A DNA stretch of 63,839 bases, the filler included, from Vannella sp. (Eukaryota): NCBI GenBank assembly GCA_023345925.1. It is 8 parts of 8 records of this genome, joined end to end, with 100 filler letters (N's around TTAATTAATTAA, not from the genome) between each part and the next. Parts side by side here need not be neighbours in the genome. Positions count along the whole stretch, not along the records: positions 30,102 to 41,504 come from JAJQQN010001399.1; positions 41,605 to 49,078 come from JAJQQN010000479.1; 6 more parts are not named here. The stretch is one strand, 5' to 3'. The translations under genes were made by a program, and so were the position numbers. This document shows, piece after piece, positions 37,244 through 48,294 of the stretch; position 1 is the first letter of the stretch; every line of letters begins with the position of its first letter. The notes under the pieces are model-generated. The model saw nothing but the letters and a program-made list of their open reading frames with translations. It did not search any database and was not told the DNA's origin.

Positions 37244-39997
37244 ATGAACTTTGGTAAGTTCCGCTTCTCGGGTAGTAAGAGCTTCTCTCCAAGTGAGTCA
37301 GCACCGGCCCCGAAAGCTAGGCAGCCTCTTGCAGCAACTCCACGAGTCAAAGAGCCAGAGAAGCAAGTTCGGTTTGCCAAGCAACACTACGAAGCAACGG
37401 TTCCTGTGAAGAATCTTACTCCTCCTACTCCAGTTCCTGCTGATACCTCTGTGGAGTCTCATTCTCCGTATGAGGAGCTCAAGAGGTCCGCTCAAAAGCT
37501 GATGATGGAGCAACTCACCGAAGCGAAAGCTCTGGGATTGGCAGTAAGTATGATCCCACCAGATGAAATGCTCACTCTTCACTAGCAAGAGAAACTGAAG
37601 AAGGTCAACGCCATCGTCACCGAGCAGACCAAAACTGTGGAGAAGCTGGGAATCCAGAATGCCAATCTGATTTCCTCGCTTGATGAGGAGAAGACCAAGT
37701 ACGGCCAGTTACAGTTTGATATCCTCGCAAGCCAAACCCAATGCGCCTCTCTCAAAGCGAGCATGGAACTGGTGGCTTCTACCTTACGAGAAGGTAATCT
37801 CCCTTGAATCCCCTTGATCACGAACTCACACATTTCAAAGGCCAGAGAGACGAAGAAGACCTCAGAAGCTTGATCGAAAAGCTCCGACAGGCAGAGAGTA
37901 CTCTCAGTAGTGCACTCGATGGACAGCGGAAGCAAACAAAGCAGCTTGAGTCGGAGCTTGCAAATGGTCAGCACTCAAGCATGAGATCCACAATCTAACA
38001 TCTGAAACAGCCCAAGCTCAAGTCTCTGACCACTCAGTGAAGCTTCAATGTGCTATGAGCGAGTCCCAGTCCTTGGAGAAAAGAGTCGAATCGGTGACGT
38101 CTCAATACGGTTAGTAGCAGCAAAGCTCCTTAGTGCCACTGACAAAACACTGCAGAGGGGCTCCAACAGGAGCACTACTATCAGCAGCGCGTCAACAAGG
38201 AGACAATGGAGAAGGCAGATGGAGAGCTGATCCACCTCAGAGGAGAACTTTTGATCTGCCAAGATCTCTTGACCAAGAAAGAGAAAGAAGTCACTCGACT
38301 GATCCAAGAAGCTCAAGTCCTCGAACTAGCTGCTGTTGCAGAGATAGCAGAGAGAGTAAGAGAGAAGTCCAAGTTTGCAATGACTGACAGCCCGCAGAAC
38401 CGGATCAACTCTGAGCTGAGTTGTGCGCATCTCTCAGCTACTGAAGAGATGGAGCAGATGAAAGATCAGCTTCAGAATGCTTTGAACTCAACTCAGCAGC
38501 AAATCATCCACTTGGAAAGGCAGATTCTCGAGAAATCGTTGGTTCAAGAGGAATCAGAGAGAAGGTGAGTGATCAGTTGCTTCTATCACATTACCAATCT
38601 CTTCATAGACTTGCAGAGAGAACCCAAGAGTTGGCCTCTGCTCAACAAGACATTGTCACCACGAAGTACAATGAGACCAAACTGGAAGAATCACTGAAGA
38701 TTGCAGAAGACAAGCTCACTCAGCTGGCAAATCAGCATGAACAGCAAACCACCTCCTTGCATTGTATCCAAGCTGCCCACCAGGAGCTGACTTTGTCTTT
38801 TGAGAGTCTCTCTCAGAGTCACAAGGACATGCAGGATACCAACCAAAGAGCGACTCAAGATCTGGAGTGTGCACTAATCCAGAGCCGTGCCTCCGAATCT
38901 AGCTTGAAGAACTTGTTCTCTGAACAAATGACCCAATCCTCGACAGCTTCCCAGAATCTTGCCTCCACCCTGTCTCTTATTGAAACGGAGAAGTCTCGCC
39001 TACGCGAAGAGCTCGAACGCACGATTGCAGACTTGGAGTCCTTCAGGGTATGAGTTTTCAAATTGACTTGTATCTGAATGTGCTGTGCAGAGAAAGGAAG
39101 CTCAGCTCCAAACTCAAGTCCATCAGCTCGGCCATGAGTGCCAAGAAGCTGTGACCAAGTCCTCGACTTTGGCAGAGCAATTAGCAGAGTCGAAGGTGTC
39201 ACACGCAAAGGATGTGAGCGACCATGAGTCGTCCAAAGCGCTTGCAGTAGAGAGAGCCATCAGAGAAGTTCAGGTAGAGATGGAGGAGCAGTTCAACATT
39301 CAGGTAAACAGACGTTCCGCAATCATGATGGCTACTGACTCACGGGAACAGGTTACTGCACTAAGTAACGAGATTGACCTCAAGGCGAGTCTTTTGGCTG
39401 AAATCCAACGAAGCAACAACGACCTCCAAGCCACTGTCGACGTTCAGGTACTAGCTTCCAGCCCAACTTGAGCTTACTAACACCAAGCCAGCACTCAGAG
39501 CTAGAGAGAAGTAAGGAATTGGTCACTGCGTTGAAGAAAGCGGTAGAGACAGCTGGGAAAGCAGCCTCTTTGAGCAAGGCCCCCACTATCGAGTCCACCA
39601 AGTTCGTTGAACCATCTCGCACTCGAGAAGTGGCTCCAGTCAAGGACATTGGAACCCCTCGTCTTGGAAAGGTAGGTTGCAAGTTCGCTTCCTGCACAGT
39701 TCGACTCAAGTCCACGTAGACCCGCATGAAGAGAGCTGGTGCTCCTCCGAGAAAGGTAAGAGCCAGATCATCAACTGCCTTTAACTCCTTGTCCTTCAGA
39801 GAAGCAAGGATGCACCGTCCTCCAGTCCCAACGCCCCTCTTCCTGGAGGCTTGAAACAGACGGGTTCCCCAGCCATTCCCAAGAAGGTGACGAAAGAATG
39901 ATCCATTTGAGGGTTTTCATCTGAAATGATTGAACAGGTTCCCAACAAGTACCCAGCTTCTGACCTTTTCGAGGACATCTTCGGGTTCCCAGAGTAG
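37244..39997 (+). CDS. Long coiled-coil protein, candidate synaptonemal-complex transverse filament (ZYP1/SYCP1-like); ~12 exons
   Basis: Pro-rich head, central coiled coil, basic S/P-rich tail ending SDLFEDIFGFPE*. Segment LKRSAQKLMMEQ..LGLAQEKLKK..NANL..TQCASL..LVAS resembles the plant ZYP1 N-terminal helix (recalled sequence). Confidence 0.65.
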
Positions 39998-40076
39998 AGG
40001 CATCCTCCCTCTCTTTGCCAGTGTTACGGGGACTCCTTCAATACACCCCTTTGCGTAGCTCGTTCAATAGCTATCT

Positions 40077-41113
40077 ATGCCCCTCATCGAGAGCACAGGA
40101 AAGGAGCAGAGTGGCAGTAAGGCGCGGCAAACTAACCACTACCACCTCGTCTCCTTCGAGAGAGCTCCAGCCTTCATGCAAATCAACCCCTTTGTGTTAC
40201 ACGGGTACCGGCCACGCTTCTCCTACCTTCTCTGCTTTCAAAGCCTCCTTCGCCTTCATAACGAAGTACCAAGAAAGACTTCTCCTCGCGAACCCGCTAA
40301 CTTTGGGCCAGACCTGGAATGTTTGGACGCACACTCTTTCTGCGTTGTTGTTTGGATACCTTTTGTACCTCTCTCAGGGCTGGTTCTTCCCCCACACCTC
40401 ATTCATCGACATGGTTTTCATTAATCTCTTTGCTTTGGCCTCTGTCCTCCTCTTCTTGATCAGCAGTGCCTATCATCTACTTGGATGTCATTCAGAAGAA
40501 GCGATGATTCGGTTCGCACGTCTGGACTTTGCTGGTAATGAGAAGAAGTGTCTCACAGAAAGCCTGTTTCTAACTCCTCCAAAGGAATCTCAGCGGGAAT
40601 AGTCTGCTCGCTTTTGCCTGGAATCTACTTTTCTCTTGACTGCTTCCCAGTCTTCAAATGGATCAATATTGCGATTGTTTTACTCTTTCTCGTGATCACA
40701 ACAACTCTCCTCGTCGTTCCCCAGTATGCTCAGCCTGAGTACAAAGCAAGTAAGTCACTACAAGAGATTTGGCCGTCATCTCCATCCTCACATCAACGAC
40801 AGCAAGAAACATCACTTACACGCTAATGGCCTTCTATGGCCTGATTCCTATCGGAACGTGGCTTCTCTTGAAAGGGTTCTGGAGTGATGAAGTGCAAACG
40901 TTTCTTTGGAGAATGATTGTAGCTTACGCTATATTCTGCACTGGAGCCGTCATTTACATTACCCGAATCCCAGAACGCTTCTTTCCTGGCTATGTTACTT
41001 CCCTTTGGCTCCAATCCCACATCCTATGGCACATTTGTGTATCTGTCGGTTCTCTTTGGCTCTACAAGGTTGGCTGGGACTACTATTTCTATTCCTCGTC
41101 CTCCACATGCTAA
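40077..41113 (+). CDS. PAQR/adiponectin-receptor (HlyIII) family 7TM protein; 4 exons
   Basis: NPFVLHGYR, HNE.TWNVWTH, SSAYHLLGCHS, RLDFAG, RIPERFFPG, SHILWH. Confidence 0.93.
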
Positions 41114-41180
41114 ACCCTAAACCCTACTCCCCCCATTCTTTCCCTTCACAGCCAGACTTTCAGTAAAAGCTCATTATATA

Positions 41181-41504
41181 ATGCTCCGGGCTGGCTTGAA
41201 GATACCAAGATGGAGTGTGAGGTCACTGAGGTGTTGTGGTTCGTTGCCAGGCACTCCGCCTGTGGACCCAGTCGTAGTTGACCAGGACAAGAAGAAGAGG
41301 ATAGCAGCTGTCAGGGGATGCACGATCTCCTCCCTCAGGAGTTCGCACTTCAGGTGGGTGAAAGGCACTTTTGTTTCTTCTTGACGGGTCTGATGGGCAT
41401 GCCTTCAAGCGCTTTGTGATTGACAAGGGAGAAGAAGTCGCCAGAAAGTTTGGAAACCGTCCAATCTCCACCCCACTCGTCGAGGATCAGAGTTTGTTCG
41501 TTCG
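41181..41504 (+). CDS. HARS2: Histidyl-tRNA synthetase (organellar type), 5' part; apparent 1-nt frameshift
   Basis: Presequence, then AVRG / MHDLLPQE, intron, then ARKFG.RPISTPLVEDQSLFVR (class II motif 1). The G-run at 41314-41317 is one base short. Confidence 0.75.
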
Positions 41505-41604
41505 NNNNNNNNNNNNNNNNNNNNNNNNNNNNNNNNNNNNNNNNNNNNTTAATTAATTAANNNNNNNNNNNNNNNNNNNNNNNNNNNNNNNNNNNNNNNN
41601 NNNN
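41505..41604. other. Artificial contig linker
   Basis: N44-TTAATTAATTAA-N44. Confidence 0.99.
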
Positions 41605-41651
41605 TTGAAAGTGAAGAAAAAGTCATTTTTATTGGCAAGCGGGTCGGGAAC

Positions 41652-42314
41652 ATGCCAGTGACGCGGTGGAACACGGGAGTGGTGGTGATGAGCGTTTGCT
41701 GGGGGCTTTTCGTTCTTACGCTTGTCACAAGCTTCTATTTGGGTGTAGCGTGGGGCTTTGCTCCGTTGGGTTGCTGGTTTGGAGGTTGCGAGGCTCTGGG
41801 ACAAGTGGATGACGGCGCCAACGTCCTTCAAGTCAGCGGGACTCTGAATGAGGGGCAGCACTGGAGGTACTACACCATTCAGCTCGCTTCGAACAGTATC
41901 GATGATACTGGAGTCTCCCTCTATGCGGACAATATCACGGGAGATGTCTGCTTGGGGTACAGTGAAGTCGGCCGCCCTAAAAGCTGCAACCTTCCTTCCT
42001 CGTTCGACACGAGCACTGTTCTCTGCCGGTCCCCTGGTCGCACTGTAATAGGTGTTCATTCTCTGCAAGGAGGAGGAGGCGCCTTCAGCTTCACCCTTCA
42101 CAGGGAGACTTCACACAACAATCTCCCCGTTTTGTCATGCCCTGCCAAGTTCCTCGTCGTCAGTGGAGCTGCCTTTGTCCTGTTCCTATGTTGGCTTCTA
42201 CCTTTGGCCTTCATCTCGTGCTACATCAAAGCGCGCCTTCAAGAACAGAAGGATCGGGAGCTCTTCATCGTCATGGATCGAGAGGACGACCTCCTTTCAG
42301 GACCCTGGTCATGA
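41652..42314 (+). CDS. Uncharacterised two-TM protein with a Cys-containing beta-rich loop
   Basis: Intronless 220-aa ORF with hydrophobic segments at both ends; a decayed paralogue at 48295-48567 supports coding status. Confidence 0.75.
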   Translation: MPVTRWNTGVVVMSVCWGLFVLTLVTSFYLGVAWGFAPLGCWFGGCEALGQVDDGANVLQVSGTLNEGQHWRYYTIQLASNSIDDTGVSLYADNITGDVCLGYSEVGRPKSCNLPSSFDTSTVLCRSPGRTVIGVHSLQGGGGAFSFTLHRETSHNNLPVLSCPAKFLVVSGAAFVLFLCWLLPLAFISCYIKARLQEQKDRELFIVMDREDDLLSGPWS

Positions 42315-42404
42315 CAACACATGCAAACAAGGCTAAACTAGACCTTTGTCCTTTGTCAGTCCAGTTGGGGCGACTTCAGAGCTAGAAGAGCCTTCATTTG
42401 GACC

Positions 42405-44266
42405 TTATAGGAGCAGGAGCGACTGAGTTTGCACTTGCAAGCGCGCTACTTCTTCCATACGATTGAGAGAGGTAGATTGGACCTTTCTCCGCTTGGTTGG
42501 AGGCTCGCACGCCTCTGATGTGGTTGATTGGGCATCAGGGATGGAGTCGTCATCGATGCCGAGGGATGGCACGATCTGGTTCCCTGTCAGGTTGTATTAG
42601 TATCTGAGGAATGAAGTGCTTGTTCATACTTGCCTTGTTCAGGGTCGTCAAGGGAGACAGGAAGGAGAAGGTTTAGCTTCCCGCTTCCAGGAAGGGTGCC
42701 GATGGGACAAGTGGTCCATTCAGGGCAAGCAACCCAGCAACTAGAGCTTGCAGTAGTCATTGGTGCACCTCCGATCCCGAGAAATGCTTCAAACTCCTCC
42801 AACGAAGACGGTCCATCAGATGCCTGGTCTTCCATGGCCTCATCCTGCGACTGGGAGCCCAAGACTTGAGCAAACCCGCTCCGGATCTGTGCACGGGAGT
42901 GCATTAGCTCGTCCAGCTTCTCACTGATGGCAAAGAGCTCTGCCATTCGCTGCTGAGCACCAGAGTTGCTCTTTCTCTTACTCTTTCTCTTGCCCTTCTC
43001 GCTGCGCTGCTTCATCAGCTGTCCAAACACACAAGAGAGGTAGCGGGCCCACTTTGAAGGACACAGCATGCACTGCTTCCAGAGGGTGCCGTAGCTGGGT
43101 TGCAAGATAGACGGATCCTTGCCTCTGCTTGCAGAGCACTCTGTTGCCAGTCGTTGGACCCACGAACAAAGTACAAGTCGCTGTACTTCATCTCCAGGAA
43201 TGACTAGCTCCTCTTCTGGAGACAGAGAGAGGGAAACGGAGGGAACCCGCCGCCCCTGGAACATTCTGCTGCCTTGATCGTTGGAGAGGAGCAGGTTCAC
43301 CATCGCTTGAATGAGTACAGAGTAGAAGTGCGGCCAGTTCTGAGAGAATGACGCAATAACTGGCTGCCATACGCTCAGGAGGGGAGCAGGAGGAGGTCCC
43401 ACAAGGTCTAATGGAACAGACGAGCTTGCTTTGCCATCAACAGATCCTGTAGACGCTTCTCTGTTGATTTTGAAGTGGTCTGCTAACCATGACTTCATCA
43501 CAGAAGACTGGAGAATGTCGTGGGAGGGGAACAAGCAACCTTCCTCAAGAAGAAGAGGAACGAGAGTGTCCTGGATCATGTTCACAACATCGCATTGTGA
43601 TAGCAGGCGCTTGATGTTTCCATGATCATTCAGTACGTCTTGTTGGCCCTTTGCTACAGCACGAATTGCATGAACGCGGTAATCTCGGAGAGCCGATCGT
43701 GTCTTTGTCATGGCGGTAGAGTGTTTTAGAGCCTGCTGATCCCAGTAATGGACTTTCATCCACTCCATGGCGCCCTCCATCTGGCTAAGAAGCAACGGAA
43801 GAGGGGGGAGTTCAGCATGGGTGGAAGCATGGCGCACCTCAATCAGGGTCTGATCGAGGTTTAAGGAAGATGCAAGAGTACTCATCTACATGTGATAGTG
43901 TAAGAGGCAGTAGAAACGAAGGGAACATCCTACCGACTGCGCAAACTGGCCGCGTTGCACTTGATCGATGATTCCGTTGGCAAAACGAGTGAGAGCCATG
44001 GCTATCATATGGCGCCTTGCATTATCGGACAAGCTGGCATGGAGACTCCCATAGAGCTCCACAAACGAACGAGTACTCTCCACAGCAGTCGGCAGATTGC
44101 CTCGATTCGCCCACACTTTGATCCAGCGAATAGCCTCCTCTTGGGCCTCGGCTTCTGTACTAAACAGACACGCTCTCACATGCTCCCACTCCTCCCAGTC
44201 AGCCCAAGGCGTCTGCCTGGGCAGCTTCACTTGACTGTAAAGCTCAAACTCTTCCCAACGAGTCAT
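42405..44266 (-). CDS. LAS1L: LAS1 HEPN endoribonuclease (pre-rRNA ITS2 processing); 3 exons
   Basis: TPW.DW.EW, W..RG.LP.AVEST, MALTRF.NG, HEPN motif RHASTH..LP, YW..Q; the last exon carries PPTKRRK. Confidence 0.92.
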
Positions 44267-44509
44267 CCAACAATGATTGTCGAAAAGGGAGAAATCACGA
44301 TTTATATTCACATGTGGCTATTACCCTCCAAAGTCATTTTTCCGAGAAACTCAAGAGCGAAGGGGAAGAAAACTTTTTTTTTTTATTTTCCGGAAAAAGG
44401 AATCCAAAACTCGGGATTTGGAGGTAGACCTGGCGGCAGTAAAGTTTGTGAACGACACAATAATATTTTGAGTAAGCGAAGGTGGGGGAAATGGCATTTT
44501 CAGGTGTCC

Positions 44510-45327
44510 ATGAGCAAGGTGACAGAGGCGCTCGAGTACGACTATTTGTACAAGAGTGGGTGGCTTGCAGGGACTACATGATGAAGTAGCTGATGTGGGA
44601 TGGATCTAGTTGACTTGATTGGAGACAGCGGGGTGGGGAAGAGCAACTTGTTGTCTCGTTTCACCAAGAACGAGTTCAACCTGCAAACCAAGTCCACCAT
44701 TGGAGTTGAGTTCGCCACGAAAACCATCGAAGCAGATGGGAAGAAGATCAAGGCGCAGATCTGGGACACGGCAGGCCAGGAGCGCTATCGGGCCATCACA
44801 AGCGCGTACGGCGACCCCTTTCGCCCTCTCCTTTGTGGTATGTAGTCTTACCTGCGTGTAGGTATTACCGAGGTGCAGTTGGGGCTCTCCTTGTGTACGA
44901 TATCACCAAGCAGCAGACCTTCAAGAATGCTGAGAGGTGGCTCACCGAATTGAGGGAGAACGCAGCGCCCAACATCGTTATCATGCTTGTTGGTAACAAA
45001 GCTGATCTCCGACACCTCCGTGAAGTCCCCACAGAGGCTGCAAAGGAGTACGCAGAGAAGAACTCGCTCTCCTTCATTGAGACCTCCGCCCTTGACGCCA
45101 CTAACGTCGAGCTGGCCTTCCAAAACATCCTTACTGGTGAGAACAATGCTCAGTACGCCCCATAAGGTGGTTCTAACCCCGCCCCCACAGAGGTTTATCA
45201 CCAATCGGCTCGTCCTTCGGACAACGAGGAGACCGTAAGCGAGGTAGACACCAACCGCGTTGACATCTCCAAGCCCATTGAGCTTGGTAATGATGCAACC
45301 GAAGAAGCAGTGGGGTGCCGATGCTAA
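44510..45327 (+). CDS. RAB11: Rab11 GTPase; 4 exons
   Basis: [63 protein letters not shown]-terminal CRC. Confidence 0.97.
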
Positions 45328-45399
45328 GTGGTCCGCCGGAGGGTGGGAATACACATTCATTTGCGCCAAACTGCTCTTCCTCGTGGAGCTAGGACCCCC

Positions 45400-46934
45400 T
45401 TACTTGCCATAGACCAGCACCATACCACCATCAGTGATACCGTAATAGTGCAAACTCCGCTCATCATCGTCCAAGGCGATCTCGCCAATGTCCTCCTGTG
45501 AATGGCGATGAGAAAGGAGGAGGAGCAACGGTTCGACGTACAGGAGAGCGTTTGTACGCCAAGACTTGGTCAGAAGTACCAATGTGAAAGAGATGGTTGG
45601 CCATCACCTTGAGGTTCTTCAGACACAAGGAGGAAGGAAGCTCCTTCTCACATTCCTTTCCGTCTTCCCCACGGAGGACAATCCCTGAGAGATTTTGAGA
45701 TCAGCTCTCTCACTCAGAGCCCCACAAAGTTAGAGTACGTACGGATGAGATCCCCAGCCAGTGTGCGAGGTCCATCAGCACCGCCAGACAACTGTGGAGT
45801 CCCGTATTGCTCTAATAGAGCGGCGTATCGGGGGTGGGATTGATGGAATCCAGTCACTAGATCTTCATCTGATATCCCAATACGTAGCAACTCCTCGTGG
45901 CACTGTTGGAGATAGTACTTTTCGGCATCCTTCCTCTCAGACGGAGAAATATCACTTCCGTTGAGCTTGGTAATGCGCACCAAACGGGCAATGAGAAGGT
46001 ATCGCGAAGATACTTCAGACAGAGGCTCCAATAGAGGGACCTTGGTAATGCGAATCTCAGTGAGGGAGGGGAACGCATTCAGTGCGTCAATCGAGTCCCA
46101 CTGGGAGATTCCCACTCTTTCCAGGGAGAGAGACTGTAAGGATTCCACCACTCCATCAAGTAGGCTATCAATGGGGTTTCCACTAAGGATAACCTTCTTC
46201 AAGGAAGGGCAAGAAGAGCGGAAGAAATCCGCACAAGAAGTCCAACTGGACAATTGATTTTCGTTCAAGTTGAGAAGCTCCAGGTCCTCCCAGCGAGTCA
46301 AGTCGAAGCAGGTGATGCCATTCCCACTGAGGTATAGCTCCTTAATCCTGTGGCTTGGCGAGCTGAGGAAGGACAACTATTCTGAATGAGCGAGTGTACA
46401 TTGATTGATACTGGAGGTTCTTACGTCCTTCCAGCTCAATTTCATGTTCTGAGCCACAAGCGTAGAGAGTGAAGGGATAGAGAATCCTTCAGAAGACAGC
46501 GGGGCCAAAGGATTGCCGCTCACGTTGAGGCATTTGAGATACTTGCAGCCATTCACCATCTGGCTGACAGCGGACCAGCTCTCCAAGTGGTTTCCAGCCA
46601 GATTCAAGTCGTCCATTTCTTGTAGCAGGGATGTCAGTGCATGGCGTGTGTAGTGAGTAGTACGCACTTGGGCACATGAGACACAGTTGCTCCTCGCCTG
46701 CACGGGCTTCGACGATGTTGCTGTCTTCCAACGAGACCACTCTACGGTTTTTTGTAGCTTGGTACTGCTGTCTGCGAACGGGAGAGGCGACAGGACCCAT
46801 CACTAACTCCTCCCCTCATTAGCCCTTCCTTTACCTGGAGCAACCGGACTCACCACCCCAAAGGCTTCATCGTCCTCTTCCAGGTACTTGAATGAGAACG
46901 CCTCGAACAAGCTTCGAGGAGCAGGCTCTGCCAT
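45400..46934 (-). CDS. TBCEL: Tubulin-specific chaperone cofactor E-like protein (LRR + C-terminal UBL, no CAP-Gly)
   Basis: SLFEAF..KY start, LNL..N.L.SW LRRs, RYLLIARL....LNGS.I...ERKDAE.YYL, HPRY..L...YG, LDDDERSLHYYGI.DG. Confidence 0.88.
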
Positions 46935-46968
46935 CAGCCAGGCTCTGGAATGAATGATCCTGAAAGCG

Positions 46969-47035
46969 CATTTCACCTTTTTTGCATTTCACCCCTGATG
47001 CATTTCACCCTTTCATTTCACCCTTTCATTTCACC
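46969..47035. promoter_or_regulatory. Five copies of CATTTCACC in a 107-bp divergent intergenic spacer
   Basis: Copies start at 46969, 46985, 47001, 47014 and 47027, between the TBCEL and nitrobindin-rhodanese ATGs. Confidence 0.55.
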
Positions 47036-47041
47036 ATCTCA

Positions 47042-47918
47042 ATGTGCTCGCGGTCAGCTGCGGCTGCTTCTCTTCCTGAGATCTTGAATGTTCTTCAGCC
47101 TTTGCTAGGAAGTTGGAAAGGGGAAGGAAAGGGTAAGATGTTGGCGAGGAAGAGACCTGATGAAGGCTTACCACTGTTGTGTAGGCTCATACCCAACGGT
47201 GGCCCCTTTTGCTTTCTTGGAAGAGACGAGCTTTACCAACAACGGGAAGCCATTCCTTGCATACTCTCAGAAAACCTCTTCTCCATGCGGCACTCCTATG
47301 CACACAGAAACAGGCTATCTCCGTGTATTTAGCGGAGAGGTGGAGTGGTTGTTGTGCGATCCGACTGGTCTTTGCACCATCTTGAAGGGCACAATCGTGG
47401 ATGATCCAGAACAACTCATCTTAGAGTTCTCTTCGACCCACATTAAGGGCACTCCTTCCGCTAAGGAGGTGAAAGAGTCCTTCAGGCGCTTGATTGTCAC
47501 CAAAGGCGTTTGCCGTTCTCTCGAGTACACTGTGACTATGGCTGCTGTTGGACAAGCGATGACTCAGCACCTCCAAGCAAAGCTGTTCATCACTGCAGCC
47601 GGGGCTGTGTCCAAAGAGGACTTTGCAAAGCTCAACGGGAGTGGCTTTCTCCTTGTGGACGTGCGGGAGGAGGAAGAGTTTGAGGCAGGTCACTTGGAGG
47701 GCTCCATAAGCTGCCCACTGGGTCAACTTGTGAGTCAGTCGAAGAAGTCAGGAACAATCGCCTTTGAGATGACCTCCAACAAGGAGCAGAAGATCGTTCT
47801 TTACTGCGCCAGTGGCCTTCGCGCTCAGATGGCTGCGACCGAGATCCGTGGCAGAGGAGGGAATGATCACATCATGGCTCTGACATGCTCTTGGGTGGAG
47901 GTCGTTCCCACAAAGTGA
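47042..47918 (+). CDS. Nitrobindin (THAP4-C/DUF1794 heme beta-barrel) fused to a rhodanese domain; 2 exons
   Basis: LLGSWKGEGKGSYPT, GKPFLAYSQKT, PMHTETGYLR, PTG and TQHLQAKL (heme-ligand His); then LVDVREEEEF..GHLEGS..P and IVLYCASGLRA. Confidence 0.9.
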
Positions 47919-48029
47919 TGCCTTTCACAAGAATGCAGAGCATTGGTTTTTCATATCAATCAGAGTCTGACGAAAGAATAGGAATAACAGTGCACTGGTC
48001 ATAAGTGAAAACGCATGGCAGGCACAGGG

Positions 48030-48190
48030 ACATGCACGGGATAGGGACAGGAACAGGAATCGGATTGTTGACTGGCTCCGGGACCGGAACGGAACGTTCA
48101 CTGGTACTGGGACATGAATGGAACGGGAATGTTAACAGGGAATGGGACATTACCCGGTATTGATAGGGACTGGCACATTGAATGGGAGAA
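48030..48190 (+). repeat. Degenerate Gly/Thr-type short repeat (GGRACN units)
   Basis: Recurring gggaca/ggaacg/gggact at 6-18-nt spacing; reads G-T-G-T-(L/F)-(T/N) in shifting frames. Confidence 0.4.
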
Positions 48191-48294
48191 TTGGCTCTGA
48201 GAATCGAGAAAACGAGAAAAACAAAGAACCCCTTTTTGATCACGCCTGTTTCTTCAACCCGGATCTCTTTCGTCTTGGAGATTTCAAAGAGATC

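Noticed and set aside
43955..44581. 208-aa plus-strand ORF and many similar alternative-frame ORFs in the track
   Set aside because: They overlap well-supported genes (here LAS1, antisense) and show no protein-family motifs.
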